A stretch of 64,000 nt of DNA from the human T2T-CHM13v2.0 reference genome, Homo sapiens. The notes below the pieces were generated by a model. It saw only the letters and a list, made by a program, of their open reading frames with translations, searched no databases and was not told where the DNA came from. The DNA is taken from the NCBI RefSeq assembly GCF_009914755.1, contig NC_060931.1; one strand, written 5' to 3'. This document shows positions 53,830-64,000 of the stretch, in pieces; the stretch's first letter is position 1, and every line of letters begins with the position of its first letter. Both the position numbers and the translations under genes were made by a program.

Positions 53830-56400
53830 AGGCCCCAGATGGTGTACAAATTTTGAAATTCTACTTCATTTTGGAGTAACTTGACTTATGGCAATTTTTT
53901 TGGATGCAGCTTCTATTTTTGATCAGCAGTATTCGATCTGCTGTTAATTCCATCCAAGTATATATTTTTTCACTCAGATATTACATTTTCATCTCTAGAA
54001 GTTTAATTCAGGTCTTTTTTTTTTTTACATCTTTATGCTCTTCTTTAATGTTCTCATGATTTCCTTTATTTTCTTGAACATATGGAATCTAGTTGTAATA
54101 ACGGTCTTGATGACCTTGTCTACTAATTCTATATTTGTTTCATTTTTGGATCTGTTTCTATTGATTTAATTTTCCCCATATGGGTCACATTTCCCTTTCA
54201 TGTCTGTCAGTTTTGTTTGGATGCCATGCAATGTGAATTTTAACGTGCTGGATGCTGGATACTTATACACTCCTGTTCATATTATTGAATCTTGTTCTGA
54301 GGCTCAGTTTGTTACTTGAAAACAGTACAATCCTTTTGAAGCCTGCTTTTAAAATTTGCTAGGCAAAGCCTGAGCAGCCTTTAGTCCAGGACTCATTTTT
54401 TGTCATATGAATTAAGAGAGGTTTACACTCTGACTACTGGGAAAACACTATTTCAGACTCTACATGAGCTATGAGGATTGTTGCGTTTCATTATTTCTGA
54501 TATTTTTCTCTCCAGTTTTGGGTAGTTTTCTCACGTGCATGTATTGATTGGTACTTACCTGAAGACTTGAGGGGAACTCTTCCTACTTTTCTGGGCTCTC
54601 TCTTTGTAAAGCTCTCTCTGCTCCATACAGCTTTCTCTTCTCTGGTATTCTGCACTGCAAATTCTATTTTCTTGGCCTCTCCGAATTGGCAACTCTGTCT
54701 TTCCACTAAGCAAGTCTGCCAGCCTGTGGTTTGGGTCCCCCTTCCCTGGACACTTTTTTTGGGAGTAAGCTAGAACAATCCTAAGCTTACTTCATTTGCT
54801 CTATTCTCTCAGGGGATCCCTTTCCTGAGCTGCCTTTTGTCCAATGTATGAAATCTGCTTTGTATATTTTGTCCATTTTAAAATTGCTTAAAGTGAAAGA
54901 TCAAATGTGTTTGCTATTAATTATCAAATCTAGAAGCAGAAGTCCCTGAAAATGATATGTGAATAGAATCATTACTTATGTCTACAAATAGCATCAAATG
55001 ATAAATCAGTAAATAAGTATCTCAAATAGTATACAATTTTCATTATTTTTGTGTCTACTTTTATTCACAAAAGTGTCCTAGTTTGGGTGATAAATTATCT
55101 GGTAGCTCTAATTCTAGTATTTTAATGATATATGTTAACATTTAGTACTAAAATAATTCATAAAATTCTGGGTTAAGTTTTTTGTTTTAATTCAAATACA
55201 ATTAAAACATGGCAACACCTTAATTCTCTTTGTATGTGTTGATTAGTGAGCCCAATGATTAAATTTTGAAACAGTACCGTATAATTGTTTCCTATTAAAT
55301 AAAGCTTTCAAATGCATATGAGGAGTCTGTCAAAAGCCTGGCACTCTGCCAGAATTCAGAGCCACATGGAGTTTTTGAACCTCATGTGCAAGGAATTCAG
55401 TTAAATGTATACTACTCAGTTTATCTCATACTTCCAATATATGTCCTTACTTGGCTCTTTTTGTTTTACTTTTCCCCATCTCTTCATCCCCTGTCCCACT
55501 TCCCTTCTCCACATGTCTGATATATCATATACTTGTATGTTCTTGAAGTGCATGTTTGCTTTTTTATTTGCATCGATGGCTTTGTACCATAGACTGAATT
55601 CTATTTTTTGCATATTTTAACTCCATGTGTTTTAAGATCTATTTATGTTGGTATATGTATATCTCATTCATTGTTTCTAGTTGCTACATAGTATTCCATT
55701 GTGTGTATCTACCACATTTTATTATAAGATGCCCTGTAGATAGACGCCACTGTTGCCTCAAACTCTTGACTATGCAAGCAAAATGATGATTATCCTTGCT
55801 CACTACCCTTATGGACATACATGTGAGTTTCTCTGCAATATAAATGCAGGAATGATCTTTTTGGATCATAAATTCTCTGAGTACTATCAGGTTACTATTC
55901 ATGAAATTGTTACCATTCCTGAAATTGTTGCCAGAGTATGTGACCCTTAGCAATGCAGTGGCTCCTCATTTATCCACATAGTTCTCAACATTTGGTGTTT
56001 TTGTAGTCTATGTTTTGCCAATCTGAGAAATACAAAATGGTATGTCATCATTTCAGTTTTCATTAATCTGATTACCAGTGGGTTTCAGTCTCTCTGGTTT
56101 TCCTTCTTTTTCTAAATGATCTACCTGAGTTTCTATTCATATAGAAATAAAATCTTTTGACTTGTTTAGGCTCTATATTTTCTACTAATCTTGTTCAACC
56201 TTAATTTTGATGTAATTGAGTATGCCACCTTTTCACGTTATTGTTTTGATTTTGGGCCTCCTGTTTCAGAAGCCCTTCTGTACTCGTAGGCTTATAAAGA
56301 TAATCTCTTACATTTTCCTTAATTTCATTTCAGTCTTTACTTTCCCAGTTAGGTCTTTAACTCTTCTGATGTTGACTTTTGAATATCATGCCTTACTCTA
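53830..56400 (-). mobile_element. Old antisense L1M fragments
   Basis: attttcatctctagaagtttaatt; catagtattccattgtgtgtatctaccacatttt; boundaries approximate. Confidence 0.65.
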
Positions 56401-57088
56401 TTTGATATGGTGGGCTACTTTTTCCATGGAATCCTTATAATGACTTTCACACATTACTAAATTCAAAATATGTGTCATGAATAAGATGATGTTTTAAGCA
56501 CAATAGCATTTTAAAATAACCAGTGATGATCTATTTCTACACATTGATAACATCTATAAATTTTCAGGTATCGTTCGTGTGTGTTTGCTAGATATTTATG
56601 TATTTTATTAGCTGGGATGATCTTGTGAAGCCCAATGACACAAATAGTAGCAGAGAGAAGGTATTTGGCTAATATAGGTCCAAAATATGTCCAAAAACGT
56701 CAAAGCTTGTGGATTTATGGTTTATTGCTGGGAAGAGATACAATAGAGCAATGGCATTAAAGTAATCTATATATCCCAGCCAAAGGCTGCTTTCCAAAAA
56801 GTGGAGAAGCTGGTTCCAATTGTCCTCCCTCTGCAGGCCTGTGCTAGAATGCACTTTTTCTCTCCAGTCAGGAATGACTGATATGTACATCTAACATCCA
56901 GGAACCAGGAGTCTGGGCTGACCTTTTTATATCATACTGGTCACATAGGCATCTTTTTGCAATCTAATCAGTAACAGAGCCTTTAGGGATCTCAATAACA
57001 ACAGGTGCAAACCATCAATCTCACCATTTACCAAAAACAATGCTGATAAGCTGGTACACCTTAGACCCATGTTTCCTCAGATCCATAT

Positions 57089-57489
57089 TTTCATGCGTGT
57101 CCATGTGAAGAGACCACCAAACAGGCTTTGTGTGAGCAATAAAAGCTTTTAATCACCTGGGTACAGGCAGGCTGAGAACGAAAAGAGAGTCAGTGAAGGG
57201 AGATGGGGTGGGGCTGTTTTATAGGATTTGGGTAGGTAAAGGAAAAAGGGGGTTTTTCTCTGGCGGGCAGGAATGGGGGTCACAAGGTACTCAGTGGGGG
57301 AGCTTTTGAGCCAGGATGAGCCAGGAGAAGGAATTTCACAAGACAATGTCATCAGTTAAGGCAGGAACAGGCCATTTTCATTTCTTTTGTGGTGGAATGT
57401 CATCAGTTAAGGCAGGAACTGGCCGTCTGGATGTGTACATGCAGGTCACAGGGGATATGATGGCTTAGCTTGGGCTCAGAGGCCTGACA
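57089..57489 (-). mobile_element. HERV-H 3' LTR (LTR7)
   Basis: Minus strand TGTCAGGCCTCTGAGCCCAAG...CATGAAA; TATAAAA at 57217-57223; ATTAAA poly(A) signal at 57148-57153. Confidence 0.97.
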
Positions 57490-57502
57490 TTCCTGTCTTC
57501 TT
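57490..57502 (-). other. Polypurine tract
   Basis: Minus strand AAGAAGACAGGAA immediately before the 3' LTR. Confidence 0.85.
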
Positions 57503-58149
57503 ATATTAATAAGAAAAATAAAATGAAATAGTGGTAAAGTGTTGGGACAGTGAAAATTTTTGGGGGTGGTATGGAGAGATAATGGGCGATGTTTCTCAGG
57601 GCTGCTTCGGGCGGGATTAGGGGTGGCGTGGGAACCTAGAGTGGGAGCAATTAAGCTGAAGGAAGATTTTGTGGTAAGGGGTGATATTGTGGGGTTGTTA
57701 GAAGAAATATTTGTCTTGTAGAATTATTGGTGATGGCCTGGATATGGTTTTATATGAATTGAAAAACTAAATGGAATAAGAGAAGGAGAAAAACAGGTAT
57801 AAAAGGTCTAAGAATTGGGAGGACCTAGGACATCTGATTAGAGGGTGCCTAAGGAGATTCAGCATAGTCCTGCCAGCAAAGATTATTTATTTACTTCAAG
57901 AGTTAAGAGTGGCAGTTTGGGGATAGCACCAGGAGATATCAGCTGTGGTGGCTTGGAGAAACAGTGTAAACTGGCAGTGTAAACAAGAGCAGGGCATGTA
58001 TGAGTAGTTGAGAACGGCGAATAGGAGTATGACTAGACAGAAGATAGTAGGGATGACAAGTTTTTTGGGGCACAGTCTAAGTTGGTCTGGTGTCTGGAAT
58101 GAGACTGGGGCCTAATAAAAAGGAGCGTCAATACAGGAGCTCAAATGGG

Positions 58150-60520
58150 CTGTACCTTGTAGCATTCCGAGGACAGGCCTGAATTCTGAGAAGGGAAAGT
58201 GGTAAAAGTATTGTTCAGTCCTTTTTAAGTTGGTGGCTGAGCTTGGTGATGTGTGTTTTTAAAAGACTTTTAGTCCGTTCTACATTTCCTGAAGATGGAG
58301 GACCATAAGGGATATAAAGGTTTCACTGAATCCTAAGAGCTTGAAAAACTGCTTGGCTGATTTGACTGATAAAAGCTGGTCTGTTATCAAACTACATAGA
58401 GGTGGGAAGGCTAAACTGAGGAATTATGTCTGACAGAAGGGAAGAAATGACTGCGGTGGCCTTCTCAGACCCTGTAGGAAAGGCCTCTACCTATCCAGTG
58501 AAAGTGTCTACCTAGACTAAGAGGTATTTTAGTTTTCTGACTCGGGGCATGTTGAGTAAATCTAATTTGCCAGTCCTGGGTGGGGGCAAATCCTCGAGCT
58601 TGATGTGTAGGGAAGGGAGGGGGCCTGAATAATCCCTGAGGAGTAGTAGAATAGCAGATGGAACACTGAGAAATTATTTCCTTGAGGATAGATTTCTACG
58701 ATGGAAAGGAAATGAGAGGTTCTAAGAGGCGGGCTAGTGGCTTGTACTATAGCATAGCCTGCCTTTGCTGGTGTGTGGCTATTAGGCCTGGTGGAACTGC
58801 TATCAATAAATCAAGCGTGATCAGGGTGAGCAACAGGAAAGAAGGAAATTTGGGGAAATGGGGTGAATGTCAGGTGGATCAGAGAGATACAGTCATGGGG
58901 GTCAGGTGTGGTATCAGGAATAATGTGGGAGGCCGGATTGAAGTCAGGGCCAGGAACAATGGTAATTGTGGGACTTAACAAAGAGTGAGTACAGCTGAAG
59001 GAGCCGGGGAGCAGAAAGTATATGCATCAGGTGTGAGGAAGAAAATAGATTTTGGAAATTATGAGAGCTGTAGAGAGTGAGTTGAGCATAGTTTGTGATT
59101 TTGAGGGCCTCTAAAAGTATTAGGGCAGCAGCAGCCACTGCACAGAGATATGATGGCCAGCCTAAAACAGTAAGGTCAAGTTGTTTGGACAAAAAGGCTA
59201 CAGGACGCGATCCTGGTCCTTGTGTAAGAATTCTGCCTGCACAGCCCTGCACTTCAGCTGTGTGTAATGAAAAGGGTTGGGATGAGTCAGGGAGAGCTAG
59301 AGTGGGGGCAGTCTCTAAAGCTGTCTTCAAGGAACGGAAAGAGGAGTGGGGAAAGGATTTAGGATCTATGGGGTCAGCTAAGTTTCCTTTTGTGAGTTTA
59401 TATAATGGTTTTGTTAGGATGGCAAAACCAGGTATCTAAAGGCGAAAGTATACAACCATGCCTAGGAAGGAAAGGAGTTGTTGTTTTGTAGAAGGGGTTG
59501 GGGTTTGAGAGATCAGTTAGACACGATCGGCAGGGAGAGCACGTGTGTTTTTGTGAAGAATTATGCCGAGGTAGGTAACGGATGGAGAAGAAATTTGAGC
59601 TTTGGAGGGGGATACCTGATATCCTTTGGAGAATAAATGCTGAAGGAGCAGAAGTGTGTCTTGTTGAGAAGATTCAAAGGTGGGGCTACAAAGAAGAAGG
59701 TCATCAATATATTGAATAAGGTGAGAAGCGGAGGGGTGGAAAGAAAGTAAATCATGAGAAAGAGCTTGTCTGAAGTAATGAGGGCTGTCCTTGAAACCTT
59801 GCGGCAGCACAGCCCAGGTAAGCTGCTGGGACTGATGGGTGTCAGGGTCAGTCTGGGTGAAAGCAAAGAGAGGCTGGGATGAGGGGTGCAGGGGAATAGT
59901 GAAAAAGCGTCTTTAAGATTGAGAATGGAATAGTGAGTTGTGGAGGAAGGTATTGAGGACAAAACAGTGTATGGATTGATGGATAGGCAAAACAATTTGG
60001 TTGATAAGGCGCAGATCCTGAACTAATCTGTAAGACTTGTCCGGTTTTTGGACAGGTAAAATGGGGGAATTGTAAGGAGAGTTTATAGGTTTTAGAAGTC
60101 TATGCTGTAGCAGGCAAGTGATAACAGGTTTTAATCCTTTTAAAGCGTGCTGTGGGATGGGATACTGGCGTTGAGCAGGGTAAGTGTGGTTAGGTTTTAA
60201 TGGGATGGTAACGGGCATGTGATCGGTTGCCAGGGAAGGAGTAGAGATGTCCTATACTTGTGGGTTAAGGTGAGGGGATACGAGAGGAAGACGCAAAGGT
60301 GGCTTTGGGTTGGGGAGAAGGGTGGCAATGAGATGTGGCTGTAGTCCAGGAATAGTCAGTGAAGCACATAATTTGGTTAAAATATCTCGGCCTAATAAGG
60401 GAACTGGGCAGGTGGGGATAACTAAAAAAGAGTGCATAAAAGAGTATTGTCTAAGTTGGCACTAGAGTTGGGGAGTTTTAAGAGGTTTAGAAGCCTGGCT
60501 CTCAATACTTACAACAGTTA
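58150..60520 (-). pseudogene. pol: HERV-H pro/pol remnant with frameshifts and deletions
   Basis: ORF fragments PLLGRDIL (protease), SPYNSPILPVQKPDKSYRLVQDLR, LPQGFKDSP...QYIDDLLL (RT), RPVAFLSKQLD; lower boundary approximate. Confidence 0.9.
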
Positions 60521-60719
60521 TGGAGGCAAGGGAAACAGGCCTTTGAAAAGAAGGTAATATGGAGTGGGTAGCCTCCATATTGATTAAGAAGGGGACGGAC
60601 TTATCCTCCACTGTGACAGTTACTTAAAGCTCGGTGTTCTTGATGGTCTACGGGGCTTCCAAGGTGATCGGGCAGCATCAGTCTTCAGCTGCTAAGCCGA
60701 GAAGATCTGGGAAGGAGTC

Positions 60720-61900
60720 AGTCAGAGAGCCTTGGGCCAGAGTTCTAGGGGCTCTGGGAGTGGCTGCCAGGTGAGTTGAACAGTCCGATTTCTAGTGGGG
60801 TCCTGCACAGATGGGACACCGCTTAGGAGGAATCCTGGGCTGCGGGCATTCCTTGGCCTGGTGGCCAGATTTCTGGCACTTGTAGCAAGCTCCTGGGGGA
60901 GGTGGTTCTGGAGGAACATCTGGCCGCTGCGGTTCAGGCGTTTGGAAGTTCTTGTGTGCTGGAGATGTGGATGGGGTTTGTCTCACAGTGGAGGCAAGTA
61001 ATTGCAACTCAGAAACACATTGCTACTTGGCTGCCTCTACTCTATTATTGTACACCTTGAAGGCAAGGTTAATTAAGTCCTCTTGTGGGGTTTGAGGGCT
61101 GGAATTTAATTTTTGGAGTTTTATTTAATGTCAGGAGTGGATTGGGTAATAAAATATATATTGAGAATAAGACGGCCTTTTGACCTTTTAGGGTCTAGGG
61201 CTGTAAAGCGTCTCAGGGTTGCTGCTGAACGAGCCATAAACTGGACTGGGTTTTTCATATTTGATGAAAGAGCCTAAATGCTTACTGATTTGGGAGAGGT
61301 CTGATAAAGAAAAAGGAGCATTAACCTTGACTATGCCTTTAGCTTCAGCCACCTTTTTAAGAGGAAATTGCTGGGCAGGTGGGGGAGGGCTACTCACGGA
61401 ATGGAACTGTAAACCGGACCGGGTGTGAGGAGGGGAGATGATAAAAAGATTATAGGGTGGAGGAGCGGAGGCTGAGGAAGAATTGGGACCTAGCTCGGCC
61501 TGGCGAGGAGCAGCCTGGGGAGGAGGGGAGAGGTCAGATGGGTCTGTAGAAAAGTAAGATTAGAAAGACTCAGCAACGCTTGGGGTTGGGACTGAGGGGA
61601 CAGGCGGGAAGGAAAGAAGGAAGATTTGGGACGAGTTGCACTGGGCACAGAGACTAGGGAGGGACCGATGTGTAAAAGAATGCCTGGATGTCAGGCACCT
61701 CAGACCATTTGCCTATTTTTCGACAAAAATTATTTAGGTCTTGTAGGATGGAGAAATCGAAAGTGCCGTTTTCTGGCCATTTAAAACCACTGTCAAGTTT
61801 GTATTGGGGTCAAGCAGCATTGTAGAAGAAAATAAGGCATTTAGGTTTTAGGTCAGGTGACAGTTGAAGAGGTTTTATGTTCTTAAGAACACAGGCTAAG
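60720..61900 (-). pseudogene. gag: HERV-H gag remnant
   Basis: FPLKKVAEAKGIVKVNAPFSLSDL; zinc knuckle CYKCQKSGHQAKEC followed by CPICAGPH*. Confidence 0.88.
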
Positions 61901-61993
61901 GGAGAAGGAGGAGGAATGGAGGGTGGAAGGTTGCCTATAGTGAAGGAGGCAAGTTTCAAGAAAAGGGAGGGTAGAGACACGGAAGGAAGTGGT

Positions 61994-62776
61994 TCAGGGG
62001 TTCTTACCTTCCAGAAAAGCGGGAAAGGGGTCGGGGTGCAAAGTTATAAGAGGTTGGGGTGTAGAAATAAGGGATCGGGGCACAGAGATATGAGGTTGGG
62101 GTACTTGCCCTTCCTCCAGAAAAGCGGGACTTGCTGCTAAGGGTGAAGAAGGGGTTGAGGGCTTCTTGCCTCTCCTCCAGAAAAGCAGAGAAGGGGTAAG
62201 AGACATGGAGAGAAGGGGTTGGGGTACTTGCCCCTCCTCCAGAAAAGCAGGACTTGCTGCTAAGGGTGAAGGACCAAGGCAGGCATCCCTGCGTGGTCTG
62301 ACACCTCTGAAACGTGGGTGAATAATCAGAGAGGCATCCCTGCTATGATTAAACACCAAGGGAAGTCTGCCCTCCCAGTCCGTGACCAGCACTGGAGTTT
62401 TGGGTCCACGGATAAAATGTGTCTCCTTTGTCTCTACCAGAAAATGAAAGGAATTGAAATTAAGGGAAGGGAGAGATTGAAGTGTGGCACCAAGACTGAA
62501 AGGAGAAAGAGGTTGAGGGATAGTGAGGGAGGTTGGAGAAGAGAGTAAAAAGAGGCCACTTACCGGATTTGAAGTTGGTGAGATGTTTCTTGGGCTGGTC
62601 GGTCTGAGGACCTGAGGTTGTAGGTGGATCTTTCTCATGGAGCAAAGAACAGGAGGACAGGGGATTGATCTCCCAAGGGAGGTCCCCCGATCTGAGTCAC
62701 AGCACCAAATTTCATGCGTATCCATGTGAAGAGACCACCAAACAGGCTTTGTGTGAGCAATAAAAGCTTTTAACAC
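61994..62776 (-). CDS. Putative HERV-H leader ORF similar to the ESRG/HESRG protein (260 codons from GTG; 243 from ATG at 62725); translation unproven
   Basis: HTKPVWWSLH...EIWC.DSDRGTSLGRSIPCPP...RPTSPRNISP...PLAASPAFL matches the recalled ESRG sequence; no stop over 780 nt. Confidence 0.4.
   Translation of the reverse strand: MLKAFIAHTKPVWWSLHMDTHEIWCCDSDRGTSLGRSIPCPPVLCSMRKIHLQPQVLRPTSPRNISPTSNPVSGLFLLSSPTSLTIPQPLSPFSLGATLQSLPSLNFNSFHFLVETKETHFIRGPKTPVLVTDWEGRLPLVFNHSRDASLIIHPRFRGVRPRRDACLGPSPLAASPAFLEEGQVPQPLLSMSLTPSLLFWRRGKKPSTPSSPLAASPAFLEEGQVPQPHISVPRSLISTPQPLITLHPDPFPAFLEGKNP
62558..62566 (-). promoter_or_regulatory. HERV-H major 5' splice donor
   Basis: Minus strand CCG|GTAAGT (intron begins at 62563), ~145 nt downstream of the LTR. 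Confidence 0.75.
62690..62707 (-). other. Primer-binding site, tRNA-His
   Basis: Minus strand TGGTGCTGTGACTCAGAT versus TGGTGCCGTGACTCGGAT (2 CpG-type changes). Confidence 0.93.
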
Positions 62777-63110
62777 CTGGGTGCAGGTGGGCTGAGTCCA
62801 AAAAGAGAGTCAGCGAAGGGAGATGGGGTGGGGCCATTTTGTAGGATTTGGGTAGGTAAAGGAAAAAGGGGGGTTGTTCTCTGGCGGGCAGGAGTTGGGG
62901 TCACAAGGTACTCAGTGGGGGAGCTTTTGAGCCAGGATGAGCCAGCAGAAGGAATTTTACAAGACAATGTCATCAGTTAAGGCAGGAACAGGCCATTTTC
63001 ACTTCTTTTGTGGTGGAATGTCATCAGTTAAGGCAGGAACTGGTCATCTGGATGTGTATGTGCAGGTCACAGGTGATATGATGGCTTAGCTTAGGCTCAG
63101 AGGCCTGACA
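62710..63110 (-). promoter_or_regulatory. HERV-H 5' LTR (LTR7, 7up-like) promoter/enhancer
   Basis: LTR7 consensus; duplicated CCTGCCTTAACTGATGACATT block; ACAAAAGA at 63004-63011. Confidence 0.93.
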
Positions 63111-64000
63111 CATATTTACAAAGCAACATTTTAAATCAAATGTTGCCCGCTTTGAATGGGGGTAAGTGCTGTGTAGCTACTTTAGTAAAATAGCTCAGTT
63201 GAATCTTGAGGGAAACTTTTTAAGACTGTGGATGGCTTTCTGGGGCCTCCAAGTGACCTCAGAATTGACCCCCTCCAACCTCTTTCCCCACTCCATAAAA
63301 TCAAGTAAAGCAGATACTGCCAAGATGCTTAAACAGAGATGACAGTGGGTGTTGGTGGGTGCTATGGGGATGTCTTGAGTGGTCAGTGTACTAAGATAGT
63401 GAATTTAACAAGAGCAGTCATCTTGCAGTTGGCACATGTTTGAGGTTCAAGGCTGCCCTTGTGTCCTTGTGTCATCATGTTTGTTGCCCACAACCCCCTC
63501 TGCTTTTCCTCTTGCTTCCTCCTTTAAATAAGAAAGCACTTAAGTATGTTTCCTGAAGGCTAAGCAGGATGTGATTTTTAACTGATTACTGGATGCTTTT
63601 GTATTTAATGGAGGGAATGTTCACATAAAAACCATGCTCAGTCCAACCTTGGAGAAACACTGGGAAACCATGACTTGTTTAATCTTGGAAAAACTTATCT
63701 AAACATTTTAGTTCATTGAGCTTTTTTTGTTGTTCATTGAATATTTGGTAGGTATATACATTGTAATATGCAAATTTAAATATATTATTTTATCTTCATA
63801 AAATCTCAGTGAAGTAGGTATTTTTATTACCCTATAGTACAAAAAAATAAAATGAAGATTGGAGAAATTAAATAATGCATAACTATCAAGAAGAAATCTA
63901 GCATTTGAAGTTTGGCAGTTGTGTGATATCTGAGCATGAAATCTTGTTTTTCGCATGATGCCTGGTGGAGGACGTACTTAGCAAAGAGAGCAGCACATGA

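Larger units (their letters stand above)
57089..63110 (-). mobile_element. Complete HERV-H provirus (6022 bp, common internally deleted form)
   Basis: Two 401-bp LTR7s, TSD CATAT (57084-57088 and 63111-63115), PBS-His, PPT, gag/pol remnants. Confidence 0.98.

Noticed and set aside
58682-59439. Plus-strand ORFs antisense to HERV-H pol
   Set aside because: Short, non-ATG starts and shadows of the decayed pol frame.

Overview
Primate (almost certainly human/hominoid) non-coding, repeat-dense genomic DNA; no host protein-coding exon or RNA gene could be supported. Two minus-strand class I endogenous retroviruses bracket the window. (i) 1-4782: a decayed HERV-I/HERVIP10-type provirus (LTR10-family 5' LTR, tRNA-Pro PBS, broken gag/pro/env, most of pol deleted), whose LTR carries a triple-decamer p53 response element. 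(ii) 57089-63110: a complete 6.0-kb HERV-H provirus with two 401-bp LTR7s, CATAT target-site duplication, tRNA-His PBS, the LTR7up-type ACAAAAGA SOX motif and an open 243-260-codon ESRG-like leader ORF. Between them are 15 Alus, L1M/L2/MIR relics, MaLR/ERVL/ERV1 solo LTRs, DNA transposon MITEs and a strong CTCF-like motif at 41144-41159. The most unusual structure is a spacer-less 266-bp palindrome (15700-15965) with mirror-symmetric microsatellites; several smaller fold-back/templated duplications also occur. Repeat subfamily names come from recalled consensus sequences and need RepeatMasker/Dfam confirmation. I found no evidence of a wholly new biological system; the findings are regulatory and structural candidates.
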